Made by a program: the position numbers and the translations under genes. From contig OX597814.1 in NCBI GenBank assembly GCA_951406725.2, forward strand, positions 175,522,001 through 175,586,000: a stretch of 64,000 nucleotides of DNA. Direction: 5' to 3'. Positions 42,337-55,578 of this stretch are shown here, in pieces. How positions within the stretch are numbered: position 1 is the stretch's first letter; every line of letters starts with the position of its first letter. The notes beneath the pieces are model-generated. The model saw nothing but the letters and a program-made list of their open reading frames with translations. It had not been told where the DNA came from and did no database searches. This stretch comes from Octopus vulgaris. Lineage: Eukaryota.

Positions 42337-43248
42337 ATGTCCAGAGCATGGAGACGTGACGAGCTGGATTTATTCGTACGAGCATGGGAGTGCGCCGGCG
42401 GAGATAGCCCTAGCGAGGTGATTGCGGCTGCGCTGAAGAGCAGAGGCTACAAGAGGACGGCGGCTCAGATGGAGCGAAAGAGACAGGAATTCGTGCGCTC
42501 ATATACGCTTGTACGGTCGCACATTGGCGCACTTGATGCCATCTTTGAGAACGAGCGGGGCAAAGATGGCAAGAATGGAGACGATGAAAGAAGTCACCCC
42601 CACCTGGTGGACGCCCGGGAGGAGGTTTTGAATGAGAAACCTGCCCGGGAAGTGAACCCAGGTGCAAGTTCTCCAACCGGCAGCAAGGGCCATGGAGACG
42701 GAGAACCCGGTGAAGAGGTAGAGGGAGGAAGAAGAACTAAAAGAAGGACTGGAAGAGCTAAAGGAAAAGAAAAAGCTCAAGCAGGACCAAAGAGTGAAAC
42801 AACCAGAAATAGAAGTGGAACCGCAAAGGATGGAACCAAACAGCGCACACGGGTGTGTATGTTCTACCTGAGAGGTTCCTGCTGGCATGGAAAGGAAGGT
42901 GCAGGCTGCCGCTTTGCACATCGGGGACCCTGCCACAGAGACACGAGGCAGATGGACAAACCATCAACACAAAGAAAAGGGATGGACCACGCACCACCTG
43001 CCCCAAAGCGGAGGTACGCAGATGTTGTGCGCGCCACAAACAGCCAACATGATGTTGTCGAAAGAGCAGCTGCTGAGCAACAATCTTTTTTGTGCATGGC
43101 ACAAAAGATTGTACAGCAGCTGACCTGGCTTCATCAAACCCAAGCCCGCAGGTGGCACTACCCACTATATACCAGACCACCACAGCAAACAGACACAGGA
43201 TGGACACCGCCGGCAACAACGTACACCTCACCTCGATACTCCTACTGA
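42337..43248 (+). CDS. LINE ORF1 protein (303 aa): N-terminal Myb/SANT(trihelix)-like domain, basic low-complexity linker, CCCH zinc finger
   Basis: AWRRDELDLFVRAW...IAAALKSRGYKRTAAQMERKRQEFVRSY matches the W..E..L...W / IA..L...GY.RT..Q...K...L...Y pattern of Myb_DNA-bind_4/MSANTD domains. CMFYLRGSCWHGKEGAGCRFAH is C-x7-C-x8-C-x3-H at 42856-42921. The ORF lies directly upstream of ORF2. Confidence 0.85.
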   Translation: MSRAWRRDELDLFVRAWECAGGDSPSEVIAAALKSRGYKRTAAQMERKRQEFVRSYTLVRSHIGALDAIFENERGKDGKNGDDERSHPHLVDAREEVLNEKPAREVNPGASSPTGSKGHGDGEPGEEVEGGRRTKRRTGRAKGKEKAQAGPKSETTRNRSGTAKDGTKQRTRVCMFYLRGSCWHGKEGAGCRFAHRGPCHRDTRQMDKPSTQRKGMDHAPPAPKRRYADVVRATNSQHDVVERAAAEQQSFLCMAQKIVQQLTWLHQTQARRWHYPLYTRPPQQTDTGWTPPATTYTSPRYSY

Positions 43249-46196
43249 ACATCAGAGGACTGCAAACACTCAGTAACAGGACAAAGATCCCGTTCCTGAG
43301 AGACTTTGTTGCATGCAATCAAGCCATATGCATAGCACTTACAGAAACGCACCTGAAACCGGACATAGCAGATGCGGAGTTACACATACCACAGTATGCT
43401 GTACTACGGACCGACAGGAAAGAAAGGAGTCATGGAGGTGTTGCTATGTACATCCGTGAGGACCTCACACCCCAGGTCCTCTTGTCATACTCAAACTCGG
43501 TGTGTGACACACTAATTGTACATATTAGGCAACTTGATGTAGTTGTGTGTGCTACATATCGCCCTCCAGATGCCCCAAGCCATGTGGGCAAGTTTGAAGA
43601 CTGCCTTATAAAAATAGAAGAAATTCTAACCACATTAGAACAACACATAGGTGTGCTTCTTATGGGAGACTTCAATCTGCCCAATGTCAGATGGCCCGAG
43701 GGCCTTTCTCTCCCAGGAATGACAAGATGTGAACGAGGACAGGCGAGGTCCCTCCTGAACCTCATCAACACCCTGTACATGGAGCAGGTAATACTCCAAC
43801 CAACCAGGGCAGGTAACACACTGGATCTCTGCTTCACAAATGACATGGATCTCATCCATAATGTGAAAGTGACACCGACACTACTCTCGGATCACAACAT
43901 GATAGAGCTGACCATGTACGGGCCAAAAGAGAGCACGGACATGCAGCCTACAAGAAACCCTCAAAATCTTTCCAGCTTGAACTACCATAAGGCAAACTGG
44001 AAACAAATTGAGAAAGAGATCCTCAAACAAAACTGGCCTAAATGTCTCTCCTCGCCAGACATCGACGTGAAACTTCAACAATTCATGTCTGTAATGCAAG
44101 CCATATGCTACAAATGTGTCCCAGAGAGAAAGGCCACTGTACACAAGAACAAAATCCCCAGAGAGAGGAAAATTTTAATGAGACGGCGTTCGAAATTTTC
44201 AAATCGCCTAAACAAACAGATTGAAAGCAGTGAAAAGTCCCGCCTAAAAATAAAACTGTTGGAAATCGAAAAATGTCTGCAACTCTCCCATGAAAAAGAA
44301 AGAGCAGACAAAGAAGCCTGGGCTATAGAAAACATAAAATCTAACCCCAGAGCTTTCTACAGGTATGCCAAAGAAACAGCTACAGTGCACTGTAGAATAG
44401 GGCCACTCCTCGAAAAGGATGGCACACTTACAGGAAAACCAATGAGGGTAAGTGAAATACTGAATGAGCAATTCAAGAGTGTTTTCACTCCACCCCTTGG
44501 GCATCTCCAAATCACCAATCCAACTGACTTTTTTACCACTGCAGATATAAAATCAGAGGCGGCGACGATAGATTACATCGATATAAAGGAAGACGATGTA
44601 ACCAAGGCTATAGATGAAATGAAAACAGACTCAGCTACTGGCCCCGATGGATTCCCGGCAATCCTCCTAAAAGCATGTAAGAGAGTCCTAGCAAGACCAC
44701 TGCAGTTCCTCTTTCAGAGCTTCCTTGCGGCTGGCAAACTTCCAGGAAAACTGAAGGGAGGTAAAATATGCCCCATTCATAAAGGAGGTAGCAGAGCGGA
44801 AGCCAAGAACTATAGACCTATCTCTCTGACCTCACACATCAGCAAGGTCATGGAACGAATAGTCAGAAGGAAGCTGATCACCTTCCTTGAAGAGAATGAC
44901 TTGCTGCCCGACACCCAACATGGTTTCCGACCAGGGAGAAGCTGTTTAACTCAGCTCCTACAACACTATGACTGGGTGCTGAAACGGCTGCTCAACCACT
45001 CAAATGTGGAAGTGATATATCTCGACTTTGCAAAGGCCTTTGATAAAGTCGATCATGGAATGATATGTCACAAACTGCGTGATCTCAACATAGTTGGAAA
45101 ACTGGGAGAATGGCTTCATGACTTTCTGAAGGATAGAAGTCAGGTGGTAGTAGCCAATGGGGCCACCTCCATTAACACACAAATAGTGAGCGGTGTTCCG
45201 CAGGGCACTGTTCTGGGACCACTACTGTTCATAATGGCCCTCTCAGACATGCCCTCAGCCACGCAGAGAGCCACGATCACAAGTTATGCAGATGATACAA
45301 AAGTTTCACAGGCAATACAGAACCCTGAGGACACTAAACACCTGCAACGTGAGCTGGACGAAATATACAAGTGGGCTGAAAAGAATAGCATGCAGTTCAA
45401 TGCTGGAAAGTTTCAAGCTTTATACTATCAGCATACAAAACTGAATGCAATACCCAATGAATACACTGGACCCGGAGGGATTGCAATCCCAGAGGCACAA
45501 TCAGTGCGTGACCTGGGTATTCACATGAGTGATGACGCGACCTTTCATGTACATGTTGCTAAACTGACAATGAAATGTAGACGGCTGGCTGGATGGATTC
45601 TTAGAACCTTTAGAACAAGAGAACAAGAAACCATGATGGTCCCCTGGAAGACACTTGTCCTAAGCCACTTTGACTATTGCTCTCAGCTATGGTCACCATC
45701 CAGTGTCAAGTTGATCACAGAACTTGAGGCGATCCAACGAAGCTACACAAAGAAGATAGCCTCTATGCAGAATGTAAGCTACTGGGAAAGACTCAAGAGA
45801 TTAAAATTATATTCCCTGGAGCGTAGGCGGGAAAGATATGCCATAATATACATCTGGAAGATCCTGGAGGGAAGTGTCCTGAACTTTGGCATCGAGAGTT
45901 ACGCAAATGCCAGAACTGGGCGCCACTGCGTGGTGCCTAGGACTCCAAACCTGCCATCAAGATGTAGGACAAGATTCTGTGATAGCCTGGGCTTCCGAGG
46001 CCCACAGCTCTTCAATATCCTCCCGAAGAACCTGAGAGACCTGCATGGGGTGGATACAGATGTCTTTAAAATGAAGCTGGATCTCTTCCTGTCAGGTGTC
46101 CCGGATGAACCAACTTCACGGCAGGAGGGGCAGATGAGGGCAGCTGCATCGAACTCTCTCATGCACCAAATAGCAGTTGCTAGAAAGCCTCCATGA
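43092..46196 (+). CDS. LINE ORF2 protein: apurinic-like endonuclease + reverse transcriptase (first in-frame ATG at 43200)
   Basis: Uninterrupted 1034-codon frame. EN motifs: LNIRGL, LTETHL, GGVAMYI, YRPP, GDFNLP, LDLCF, SDH. RT motifs: [51 protein letters not shown] (45285-45296), RDLGI. C-terminal SLERRR motif typical of CR1-group elements. Confidence 0.97.
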   Translation: MHGTKDCTAADLASSNPSPQVALPTIYQTTTANRHRMDTAGNNVHLTSILLLNIRGLQTLSNRTKIPFLRDFVACNQAICIALTETHLKPDIADAELHIPQYAVLRTDRKERSHGGVAMYIREDLTPQVLLSYSNSVCDTLIVHIRQLDVVVCATYRPPDAPSHVGKFEDCLIKIEEILTTLEQHIGVLLMGDFNLPNVRWPEGLSLPGMTRCERGQARSLLNLINTLYMEQVILQPTRAGNTLDLCFTNDMDLIHNVKVTPTLLSDHNMIELTMYGPKESTDMQPTRNPQNLSSLNYHKANWKQIEKEILKQNWPKCLSSPDIDVKLQQFMSVMQAICYKCVPERKATVHKNKIPRERKILMRRRSKFSNRLNKQIESSEKSRLKIKLLEIEKCLQLSHEKERADKEAWAIENIKSNPRAFYRYAKETATVHCRIGPLLEKDGTLTGKPMRVSEILNEQFKSVFTPPLGHLQITNPTDFFTTADIKSEAATIDYIDIKEDDVTKAIDEMKTDSATGPDGFPAILLKACKRVLARPLQFLFQSFLAAGKLPGKLKGGKICPIHKGGSRAEAKNYRPISLTSHISKVMERIVRRKLITFLEENDLLPDTQHGFRPGRSCLTQLLQHYDWVLKRLLNHSNVEVIYLDFAKAFDKVDHGMICHKLRDLNIVGKLGEWLHDFLKDRSQVVVANGATSINTQIVSGVPQGTVLGPLLFIMALSDMPSATQRATITSYADDTKVSQAIQNPEDTKHLQRELDEIYKWAEKNSMQFNAGKFQALYYQHTKLNAIPNEYTGPGGIAIPEAQSVRDLGIHMSDDATFHVHVAKLTMKCRRLAGWILRTFRTREQETMMVPWKTLVLSHFDYCSQLWSPSSVKLITELEAIQRSYTKKIASMQNVSYWERLKRLKLYSLERRRERYAIIYIWKILEGSVLNFGIESYANARTGRHCVVPRTPNLPSRCRTRFCDSLGFRGPQLFNILPKNLRDLHGVDTDVFKMKLDLFLSGVPDEPTSRQEGQMRAAASNSLMHQIAVARKPP

Positions 46197-46264
46197 AGTG
46201 AAACCAAGTAGCAACACCAAATGGCGGTGCCCCAACATGGCCACAGCTCATAAGCTGAAACTAG

Positions 46265-46650
<386 letters not shown>

Positions 46651-46894
46651 ACCAAAACACATTAAAACAGAAACTGACCCTATAGGGTTCAAGAAGTCTT
46701 TGGACAGATTCCTTCAAGAAATCCCGGATAAACCCCCTACACCCGGATATGTCTCTGTAAACAATAACTCTCTACTTGAGTGGGCCATAGTGCCCAAATT
46801 CTGACTTGAAAGACTTCACCAGGTGGTGCTATTAAGTTAGACATGGCCTGGGCCAATAATGGCCGAAACCTATCAAAGTATCAAAGTATCAAAG
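46651..46894 (+). mobile_element. 5'-truncated 3' end of a second, related LINE family with a (TATCAAAG)3 tail
   Basis: Translates [28 protein letters not shown]...NNSL, alignable by eye to the ORF2 C-terminus [30 protein letters not shown]...SNSL. Stop at 46802-46804, short 3' UTR, 8-nt repeat tail, embedded in (TA)n. Confidence 0.85.
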
Positions 46895-46910
46895 TATGTA
46901 TATATATATC

Positions 46911-46954
<44 letters not shown>

Positions 46955-47773
46955 TGTATATACACACACGCATTTGTGTTGCATGTATGCAATATCATGT
47001 CAATGCTATTAATTTTTGACTGTTCGCTATGCTTTTTGAATGTTGCAAGAACTGTAAAATATCTACCACAGTACTGGGGTCGATATAATTAACTAAAAAA
47101 TCCTTACATGCTGGTACACCAGCATGGCCATAATCCAGTGATCCAAAATAATGGAATAAAGATGTATAAAATGTGAAGCTTCTGAATGCTGCTTAACTCA
47201 AAGTGCAATAAGAAATAATAAAGTCACTCGACCTTGACAATAATGAAATATAGTTCTGAGTTGAGGAAAAAGTAAAAAAAAAAACAAAACAAAATGAATA
47301 ACAAAGGCTTAAGTGATGTCGAAATGTTGAAGAAAAACATATCCGAAATTGGAATTATTCTGTTAACACTTTGTAAGGAAGGTGAAAGATATCGTAGAAA
47401 ATGATGATTATGGTTCATTTCAGCAACACAAATCTAGAACTGTTGAATGGAATAATTTAAGAAGTATTTCCTCGTTTCCTCTTTGAAATATGAGAAAGTA
47501 ATGAAACGAGACAGGAACATAAAAGAACTTGTGTGCCGGGATTATGTAAGATGTAGATAACATAGTGAAGGTTAAAGTGATATATTATTTTGTGGTAATG
47601 AAAATAGTTTACATCACAGAAGCGAGGTATCAAGGAAGAAGAATACAGGTGCATGAAAAAAAAAGTGGGAGCTACAAACCTATTTTTCGGCAAAATGTTC
47701 CAAGATGTAAAAAAAATGATAGCTCACTAGTGCTATCTTAGCGTTGCGAGAGATTATATATTATATATATGTA

Positions 47774-47840
<67 letters not shown>

Positions 47841-47877
47841 GTATATATATATACACATATTATATATATATAGATAC

Positions 47878-47913
<36 letters not shown>

Positions 47914-48027
47914 ATATGTATATATGTATATATGTATATATATATACACATATTATATATATATAGATACATATTTATATATATATATATATGTATATAT
48001 ATATACACATATTATATATATAGATAC

Positions 48028-48063
<36 letters not shown>

Positions 48064-48144
48064 ATATGTATATATATATGTATATATGTATATATGTATA
48101 TATGTATATATGTATATATATATACACATATTATATATATATAG

Positions 48145-48300
<156 letters not shown>

Positions 48301-48974
48301 GGTATTGAGAAGAAGGGAAAAACTGTTTTGGGTTTTGAATATCGTTGGCACAAATTATTGCTGCGCAGAGGCCATATTTAATTTCAGAAAATAACACAGC
48401 AAATAATGAAATAGAACCCATATGAATTATTGATATCATTTGCACCAGTAGTCATGCAAGCTACTTTGATTTATCATACGAAATGGTAGGAAACAATAAA
48501 ATGCATCTCTCTCTGACTTCTATCTAATTTATCTGGGTGTTATATCACATCATCTCCAATAACCTCTTTATTTTTCTAATGTTTCCTGTTGAACTGTCTG
48601 TTCAAAACTCAACTCTGTCTGATCGAAATCTTTTTATATTTCGTTTTGTTTCCAATATCCAATAAATTAAAGCATTTTGAGGCACTTTAATATCGGATTA
48701 TGGCTGTCAGCTGCAACTGCACTAAGGTAAATGAGACGTGTATAAACAGCCGTCCTCAGAGCGATTCATATATCTTCATTTTCTTAGTGATCACCAGTAT
48801 TGTTTCTACCAGGAGATGTCATATCCTTCTCGAGATCTTGATTGCAATGCTATGCTGTATTAGTTTTTACTTTAAAAAATTTCAGAGTAATTTATAGAAT
48901 TTTGATTTTGATAACTTCTTGAAAATGCTGCTTGACCACACACTCCACCTACCCTCAGCAATCTAAATCAAACG

Positions 48975-49058
<84 letters not shown>

Positions 49059-49139
49059 ATATATATATTATATATATATAATATATAATATATAATATAT
49101 ATATTATATATATATAATATATAATATATAATATATATA

Positions 49140-49452
49140 GGCGCAGGAGTGGCTGTGTGGTAAGTAGCTTGCTTGCCAACCACATGGTTCTGGGGTCAGT
49201 CCCACTGCGTGGCACCTTGGACAAGTGTCTTCTACCATAGCCTCGGGCCGACCAAAGCCTTGTGAGTGGATTTGGTAGACGGAAACTGAAAGAAGCCCGT
49301 CGTATATATGTATATATATATATTTGCGTGTGTGTGTTTGTGTGTCTGTGTTTGTCCCCCTAGCATTGCTTGACAACCGATACTGGTGTGTTTCTGTCCC
49401 CTAACTTAGCGGTTCGGCAAAAGAGACCGATAGAACAAGTACTGGGCTTACG
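49140..49452 (+). mobile_element. tRNA-derived SINE family B (internal microsatellite)
   Basis: Head GGCGCAGGAGTGGCTGTGTGGTAAG..GGTCAGTCCCACTGCGTGGCACCTTGG..GTCTTCTAC; internal (TA)/(TG) tract. Other copies at about 3793-3940(-), 8020-8120(-), 22213-22375(-), 33010-33145(-), 37232-37365(+) and 39785-39945(-). Confidence 0.9.
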
Positions 49453-49459
49453 AAAGATA

Positions 49460-49534
<75 letters not shown>

Positions 49535-49719
49535 ATATATATATATACAGTATATATCACTGTCGGTTACGACAACGAGTGCTCCAGTCGATCCGATCGA
49601 CGGAACAGCCTGCTCGTGAAATTAATGTGCAAGTGGCTGAGCACTTCACGAGCGAACAAACCTGCAAGCTCGCCACATTAAAAGATGTATGTTATTATAC
49701 ATAAACTTGAAAGATTGTG

Positions 49720-50460
49720 AGCGGGAATACTCGTTAGTACGTCGGATAAAATGCTCAGCGGTATTTCGTCTGCCGTTACGTTCTGAGTTCAAATTCTGAC
49801 TATGCCTTTCATCCTTTCGAGGTCGATAAATTTAGTACTAGTTGAACACTGGGATCAAAGTGATCTACTCGTTCCCCACAACAAAATTTCATGTCTCGAG
49901 CCTATAGAGGAAAGAATTATTACATATAAGCCTATAGCAGTGAGCCTGCATAATTGTTAAGGGTGTGGGACAAAATTCTTTGTGGTATTTGTTCTGAGTT
50001 CAAATTACGCCAAGGTCGAGTATGCCTTTCATTCTTTCGGGGTCGATAAAATTAGTATCAGTTGAGCACCGGGATCGACGTCATCGACTAGCTCCTTCCA
50101 ACAAAAATTTCAGGGCTCGAGTCTTTAGAGGAAATGATGGCGTTGAGCCTGCAGAATTATTACGGGTGTTGGACAAAATGCCTTGCGGCATTTGTTTTGA
50201 GTTCAAATTATGCGTCGAAATAGATACGTTACAGGCAGTGAATGGGCAGAATATCCAGAGTGTAGGAAAAATACTTTGCAGTATTTTATCCAGCTTTCTG
50301 GTTCACCTGTTCAAAACTTGCCGTGGCCAACTTTATCTTATTTACTTTTGGGGTTGACCAACAGGCAATGGATTGGCAGAATTGTTAACGAATCAAATGA
50401 GATGGCTTGACGTATTGGTTTTCGCGCATTGAATTCTGAGTTTTCAGGGGGAGACATAAT
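49720..50460 (+). mobile_element. Tandem run of progressively decayed SINE family A units
   Basis: Repeated ...AAAATG..GGTATTT..TTCTGAGTTCAAATT.. units at about 49725, 49937, 50139, 50255 and 50365. Confidence 0.7.
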
Positions 50461-51126
50461 CCAACATCCGGTTTAACGCCCCGCCATTTGGCGTCTGGGA
50501 AACTTTAGCAGAGTTCGTTCTCCAGATTTAGAATGAATTTTTCACTACCTTCCACCAGTTTTAGAGGCTCTGAAAAAAAAAAAAGTAGAGCTATAGCTGC
50601 TGTTCTTTTCTCTCTGATTAAACTAAACTAAATAAATAATTAAACAAACCATAAACAATACACCCCAACACACAAACACGCCTCTTGACAATTTGACTTC
50701 GATCAGAGATGCACATACAATATACATACGTACAATATACTGGGATCATTTTAAGTGAGAGAAAAAGCTAAAAATAGACGCCATATATTCTTCATAGGAT
50801 GCCTTAATACCTTAAAGAAAGATCGAAAGACACCTTGAATGTTGTGGTGTTAGATATACAATGTGTGAATACAAGACAGAATGATTGTGATTAAAAGTCC
50901 TTTATCATAAGTCCTCACGAATTGGATAGACATAGTTGGGGTAAGGCTAGACATCAGAAGCCAGTGGGATCGTTTCGATCGTTCTTCTAGTTAGAGATAA
51001 TCTCTAATTATCTCTTAAACTATACTTTTTCAATCAAAACTAAAAAGTTTCCTCTTTGTAGCCTTAGATACGCTGTCTTTGTATAAATAACTTTGATCAT
51101 AATTATCTACTCCAACAGGAACTTAC

Positions 51127-51272
51127 CTGGGGTTAAACAACAAGTGCAACTTCAGCAGTAACAGTAACAACATCAACAGTAACAGCAGAAGCAATAACAG
51201 CAGCAGCAGCAGCTACGACAACAAGGATTTCTTTGCTGCAGCCGACAACATCTACTGACGTGCACAAAACAA
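51127..51272 (-). other. Candidate non-coding exon (146 nt)
   Basis: Acceptor TTTGTCGTCTGCTTTTGTTCCAG| and perfect donor CAG|GTAAGT; stops in all three frames. Confidence 0.4.
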
Positions 51273-51292
51273 CTGGAACAAAAGCAGACGAC

Positions 51293-51372
<80 letters not shown>

Positions 51373-51713
51373 AACACACAGAGAAAGTAACAGGCATAAA
51401 ACATTAAAAAAATGCATTGAAAAACTCATTAGTAGTATATAATATTTATGTAATTATAAAGTGAGGAACATTCCATTTAAAGGTCTGCTATAATATTACG
51501 TAATAGATAGTAATAATATCATGAATGGTGCTGACAGGAAACATTGTATTAAAATATCTATGTCTAGGATATTGATTTCTGATTTTAGTGTTGCTTTTGG
51601 TGTTGTCTATATGTCTATACCTGTCTATCTGTCAATCTGTCTGTCTGTCTACCCATCTTCTTGCCTACCTGTCTCTTTCCCTCCCTATATCCTACCTCAT
51701 TAAACCTGCTTAC

Positions 51714-51775
<62 letters not shown>

Positions 51776-51845
51776 GTGTATCTATCTATTTATCTATCTG
51801 TCTGTCTATCTACCTATTTATCTATCTGTCTATCTATCTACCTAT

Positions 51846-51943
<98 letters not shown>

Positions 51944-51944
51944 G

Positions 51945-51987
<43 letters not shown>

Positions 51988-52024
51988 GTCTGTCTGTCTG
52001 TCTACCTATCTATTTATCTATCTA

Positions 52025-52153
<129 letters not shown>

Positions 52154-52361
52154 TCATCAGCTCAGACTCTTACCCATATAAAATCTCCTTTTTCCAACCT
52201 TATTTTTTCTTTCCTTCCGTCACCTTCACTCTTTCGCTTTGTGGAACCTTCTGTCTGTCTATTGTTATAATTTCATCTCAGAAATATTGATTAACAAATT
52301 GAGATAAAGAAAGAGAGCAGGAAGAGACAGCGTGTTGTGAGAGGGTACGGAGAATGCGGAT

Positions 52362-52452
<91 letters not shown>

Positions 52453-52714
52453 TAGAGATAGAGAGAGAGATGATCTGGAGAGAGGTAGAAAGATAGAAAG
52501 AATTAGGCAGGAAATATATCGATCCATATCTAGTAAGGAATTCAGAAAATGATATTTCAGTGAGGTAAGTTCTGGAAATCCAAGGAAAACAGATGGTAGT
52601 TTGCGTCGGTTTTCACAGCTCACAGCAATTCATGTTATAATTTAGTTTAATATAGTTTTTATTCTATACATTTCAGCTCAGGGTAGAAGGCGTAGTTAGT
52701 GTGTGAATAAAGTG

Positions 52715-52910
52715 AATGCTGTTGTTTAACCTCAGGTTAATCCAAATCTAGGAGTGTTAAGATAAAAGGTATTCCTGTCGTGACCATTCTGTCTTTTATT
52801 AATACTTAGTCATACTGAGCCACTTTTTGCCATATGTCATTCTTTCTCTAGGGCAGCAGAATGTGGTTTTCGGGAACATCAACTGCTAGTTCTAGCAGGT
52901 GAAACTGGTA
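52715..52910 (+). repeat. Old interspersed repeat family (unclassified)
   Basis: Motifs GTTTA(A/G)CC.CAGGT / AAAGGCATTCCAG..GTGACC / TTTGGCTGCTATTTCTAG recur at about 26290-26470, 34790-34840 plus 35230-35290, 36295-36420, 48890-48970(-), 50770-50950(-) and 55885-56050(-). Confidence 0.55.
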
Positions 52911-53083
52911 TGGCCTCTGAATATTTTCCGTTTACTAGGCACAAATAATCTTATTCATTAAGGACGAGCTGTGACGTTTAGGAGGCTGCGAATTTCATTT
53001 CTTTTGCGATTAGTCTTGTGAAGTGTACTGACAAGATGTTGAGTATATATACCAGTCACGCACACTAGTGTAACATCAAGTTT

Positions 53084-53465
53084 GGAAGCACTCCGTCGGT
53101 TCCGACGACGAGGGTTCCGGTTGATCCGAATCAACGGAACAGCCTGCTCGTGAAATTAACGTGTAAGTGGCTGAGCACTCCACAGACACGTGTACCCTTA
53201 ACGTAGTTCTCGGAGATATTCAGCGTGACACAGAGAGTGACAAGGCCGGCCCTTTGAAATACAGGTACAACAGAAAGAGGAAGTAAGAGTGAGAGAAAGT
53301 TGTGGTGAAAGAGTACAGCAGGGATCACCACCATCCCTGCCGGAGCCTCGTGGAGCTTTAGGTGTTTTCGCTCAATAAACACTCACAACGCCCGGTCTGG
53401 GAATCGAAACCGCGATCCTACGACCGCGAGTCCGCTGTCCTAACCACTGGGCCATTGCGCCTCCA
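53084..53465 (-). mobile_element. tRNA-derived SINE family C, full length, 13-bp TSD
   Basis: Reverse-complement head GGAGGCGCAATGGCCCAGTGGTTAGG (A box)...GGTTTCGATTCCC (B box). TSD TAACATCAAGTTT at 53071-53083 and 53466-53478. Confidence 0.9.
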
Positions 53466-53629
53466 TAACATCAAGTTTTAAAACTATGCCGACTACACAA
53501 ACCAAAAAGCCATATTTCAACACAACCACAAAATCACTCAAAACAAACACTAATCCAAAACCAATGTGGAAGTTTGTGTGTGGTTATTCAATTTACGTTA
53601 ATCTGCACCTCAATGTTCTTAAACCTAAA

Positions 53630-54062
53630 GGCGGCGAGTAGCAGAAACGTTAGCATGCCGGGCGAATTGCTTAAAGGTTTTTCGTCTGTCTTTTATGTTC
53701 TGAGCTCAAATTCCGTCGAGGTCGACTTTGCCTTTCATCCTTTCGGGGTCGATAAATTAAGTACCAGTTACGCACTGGGGTCGATGTAATCGACTTAATC
53801 CCTTTGTCTGTCCTTGATTGTCCCCTCTATGTTTAGCCCCTTGTGGGCAATAATGAAATAAGAAACGTTAGCACGCCGGGTGAAATGCTTCGCGGTATTT
53901 CGTTTGTCTTTACGTTCTGAGTTCAAATTCTGCCGAGGTCGATTTTGCCTTTCATCCTTTCGGGGTTGATTAATTGAGTACCATTTGCGTACTGGGGTCG
54001 ATCTAATCGACTGGCTACTTCCCCCTAAATTTCGAGCCTTGTGCCTAGAGTAGAAAAGAATA
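53630..54062 (+). mobile_element. SINE family A dimer
   Basis: Two family-A bodies; the second has the alternative tail GCCTTGTGCCTAGAGTAGAAAAGAA. Confidence 0.85.
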
Positions 54063-54358
54063 TTCTTTAACGTATTCTTTGACATCTAAAAAGAGACAGA
54101 AAGAAGAAAAGAATTAAAAAAACTATTGACAAAATGAAAAATCTAATTATTAAATAACGTGTTAGAAAAATTGTGATGGTCACAGCTGGAACGCTAAGCA
54201 AAATATAAAATATTCAGACCAATGCACGAAACTGCTTAATAGTAGGAAAATATATTCTAAGGTGACATCTCGGCTGAAAGAAGAAAATATGAAGGCTGGA
54301 AAAACCCATGATGTAACGCAAAGCACCCCACGCGCGCGCACACACACACACACGCACG

Positions 54359-54436
<78 letters not shown>

Positions 54437-54455
54437 AAGAAATAAAATAGCTTAC

Positions 54456-54513
54456 CTCTGCGTCATAGAAAATAATATGACACAGAAAAACGGAAGTCAG
54501 CCATTATCTTCTC
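54456..54513 (-). other. Candidate short exon (58 nt)
   Basis: Acceptor GATTTGAGACTTTTAG|G and donor GAG|GTAAGC. Confidence 0.3.
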
Positions 54514-55578
54514 CTAAAAGTCTCAAATCGAACAAAGTTGAACCTTTCTTTAATAATGCAACAACGGTAATAGAAAAATATAACCAAGCTGATCAAAACG
54601 ACAAAATACACAACAATAACAAAATTTGCTAACGCGTCCTATATAACTAATTCAACAAAAGAACCCCACCAAAACTAAATACTGAACCAACCGTAAAACG
54701 ATATAAGCCAAACTGTCTTTAATAAAACCTTCATAAATCTAAAAAAAAATTCATAACCATAGAAGATATAGATATTACAATGATGCAGGGAGTAAAGATA
54801 CAACTCTAATAAAGGACACTTCAATGCCAACTAAACGTGTAAATAAGAGCAAATAAAACCACAACTGAGGTCTCAAACCATACATCAGTCCATAGGTCCA
54901 GTACTCAGATTCAACAAATGTAAGCAAACAAAACACGCTCTATAATAATATGAGATGTATGTCTTCAATATGAAAACTCATAAACGTATACGTGGCATCG
55001 ACATTACCGACTAAATTAAGAACTCCAGCTGCAAGAGAATAACACCAGATTGGACATTTCAGCTACAGCACACGACTACTATAATTCACATTCCAGCTAT
55101 AACATATGAGCACACACCAACAAGTCGTAATTGGTATAGACTTTAATTCGTTCAACATATCATGGTATACAGACAATGCAGATAACACATGAGATACTAA
55201 CAGCCCAACTAATTTTTTTTTGTTTTTGAAAGATCCGTCTCGACGTATCTCTATACTTCTCTAAGTTAACTATTCTAAAGACAATACTTTCTGCTTCATA
55301 CATATGCATGTCACATACACACAACAAGTAGCTCATCAAAATCTCTTTCAATCAACCGCCTATCAACAATACAATCCCCTCTATAAAAAAATGAACAAAA
55401 CAGGAATATGTTGAAAACAACTTTTAAATGGCTCTATTGGAAATATATCATCCAAAATAGATAATTAATTCGTAGAATTCAGCAACACTATAATTTCCAT
55501 ACCCTCTGTTATACATAGTTTTATACTTAAAATCTAAAATTGAAATATGAACAGTGTACATTATAAACCCAAATAAAA

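Larger units (their letters stand above)
40539..46296 (+). mobile_element. Apparently full-length LINE (CR1/L2-group non-LTR retrotransposon) flanked on both sides by (TA)n
   Basis: Two long overlapping ORFs (42337-43248, 43092-46196) that are markedly more GC-rich than the flanks, a ~100 bp 3' UTR and an (AATC)8 tail at 46265-46296 abutting (TA)n. The 5' end at 40539 is inferred from the end of the upstream (TA)n tract; the true 5' boundary is uncertain. Confidence 0.9.

Noticed and set aside
42410-46270. Antisense and alternate-frame ORFs over the LINE (e.g. 42758-43318, 43430-43855, 45899-46270)
   Set aside because: Shadow ORFs of GC-richer coding sequence with no recognisable motifs.
51121-51131. 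ACTTACCTGG matches the U1 snRNA 5' end
   Set aside because: No further U1 similarity; better read as a minus-strand splice donor.
53395-53465. tRNA-like sequence (also at 57844, 32754, 2366)
   Set aside because: A and B boxes continue into a SINE body and the element has a TSD; these are SINE heads, not tRNA genes.
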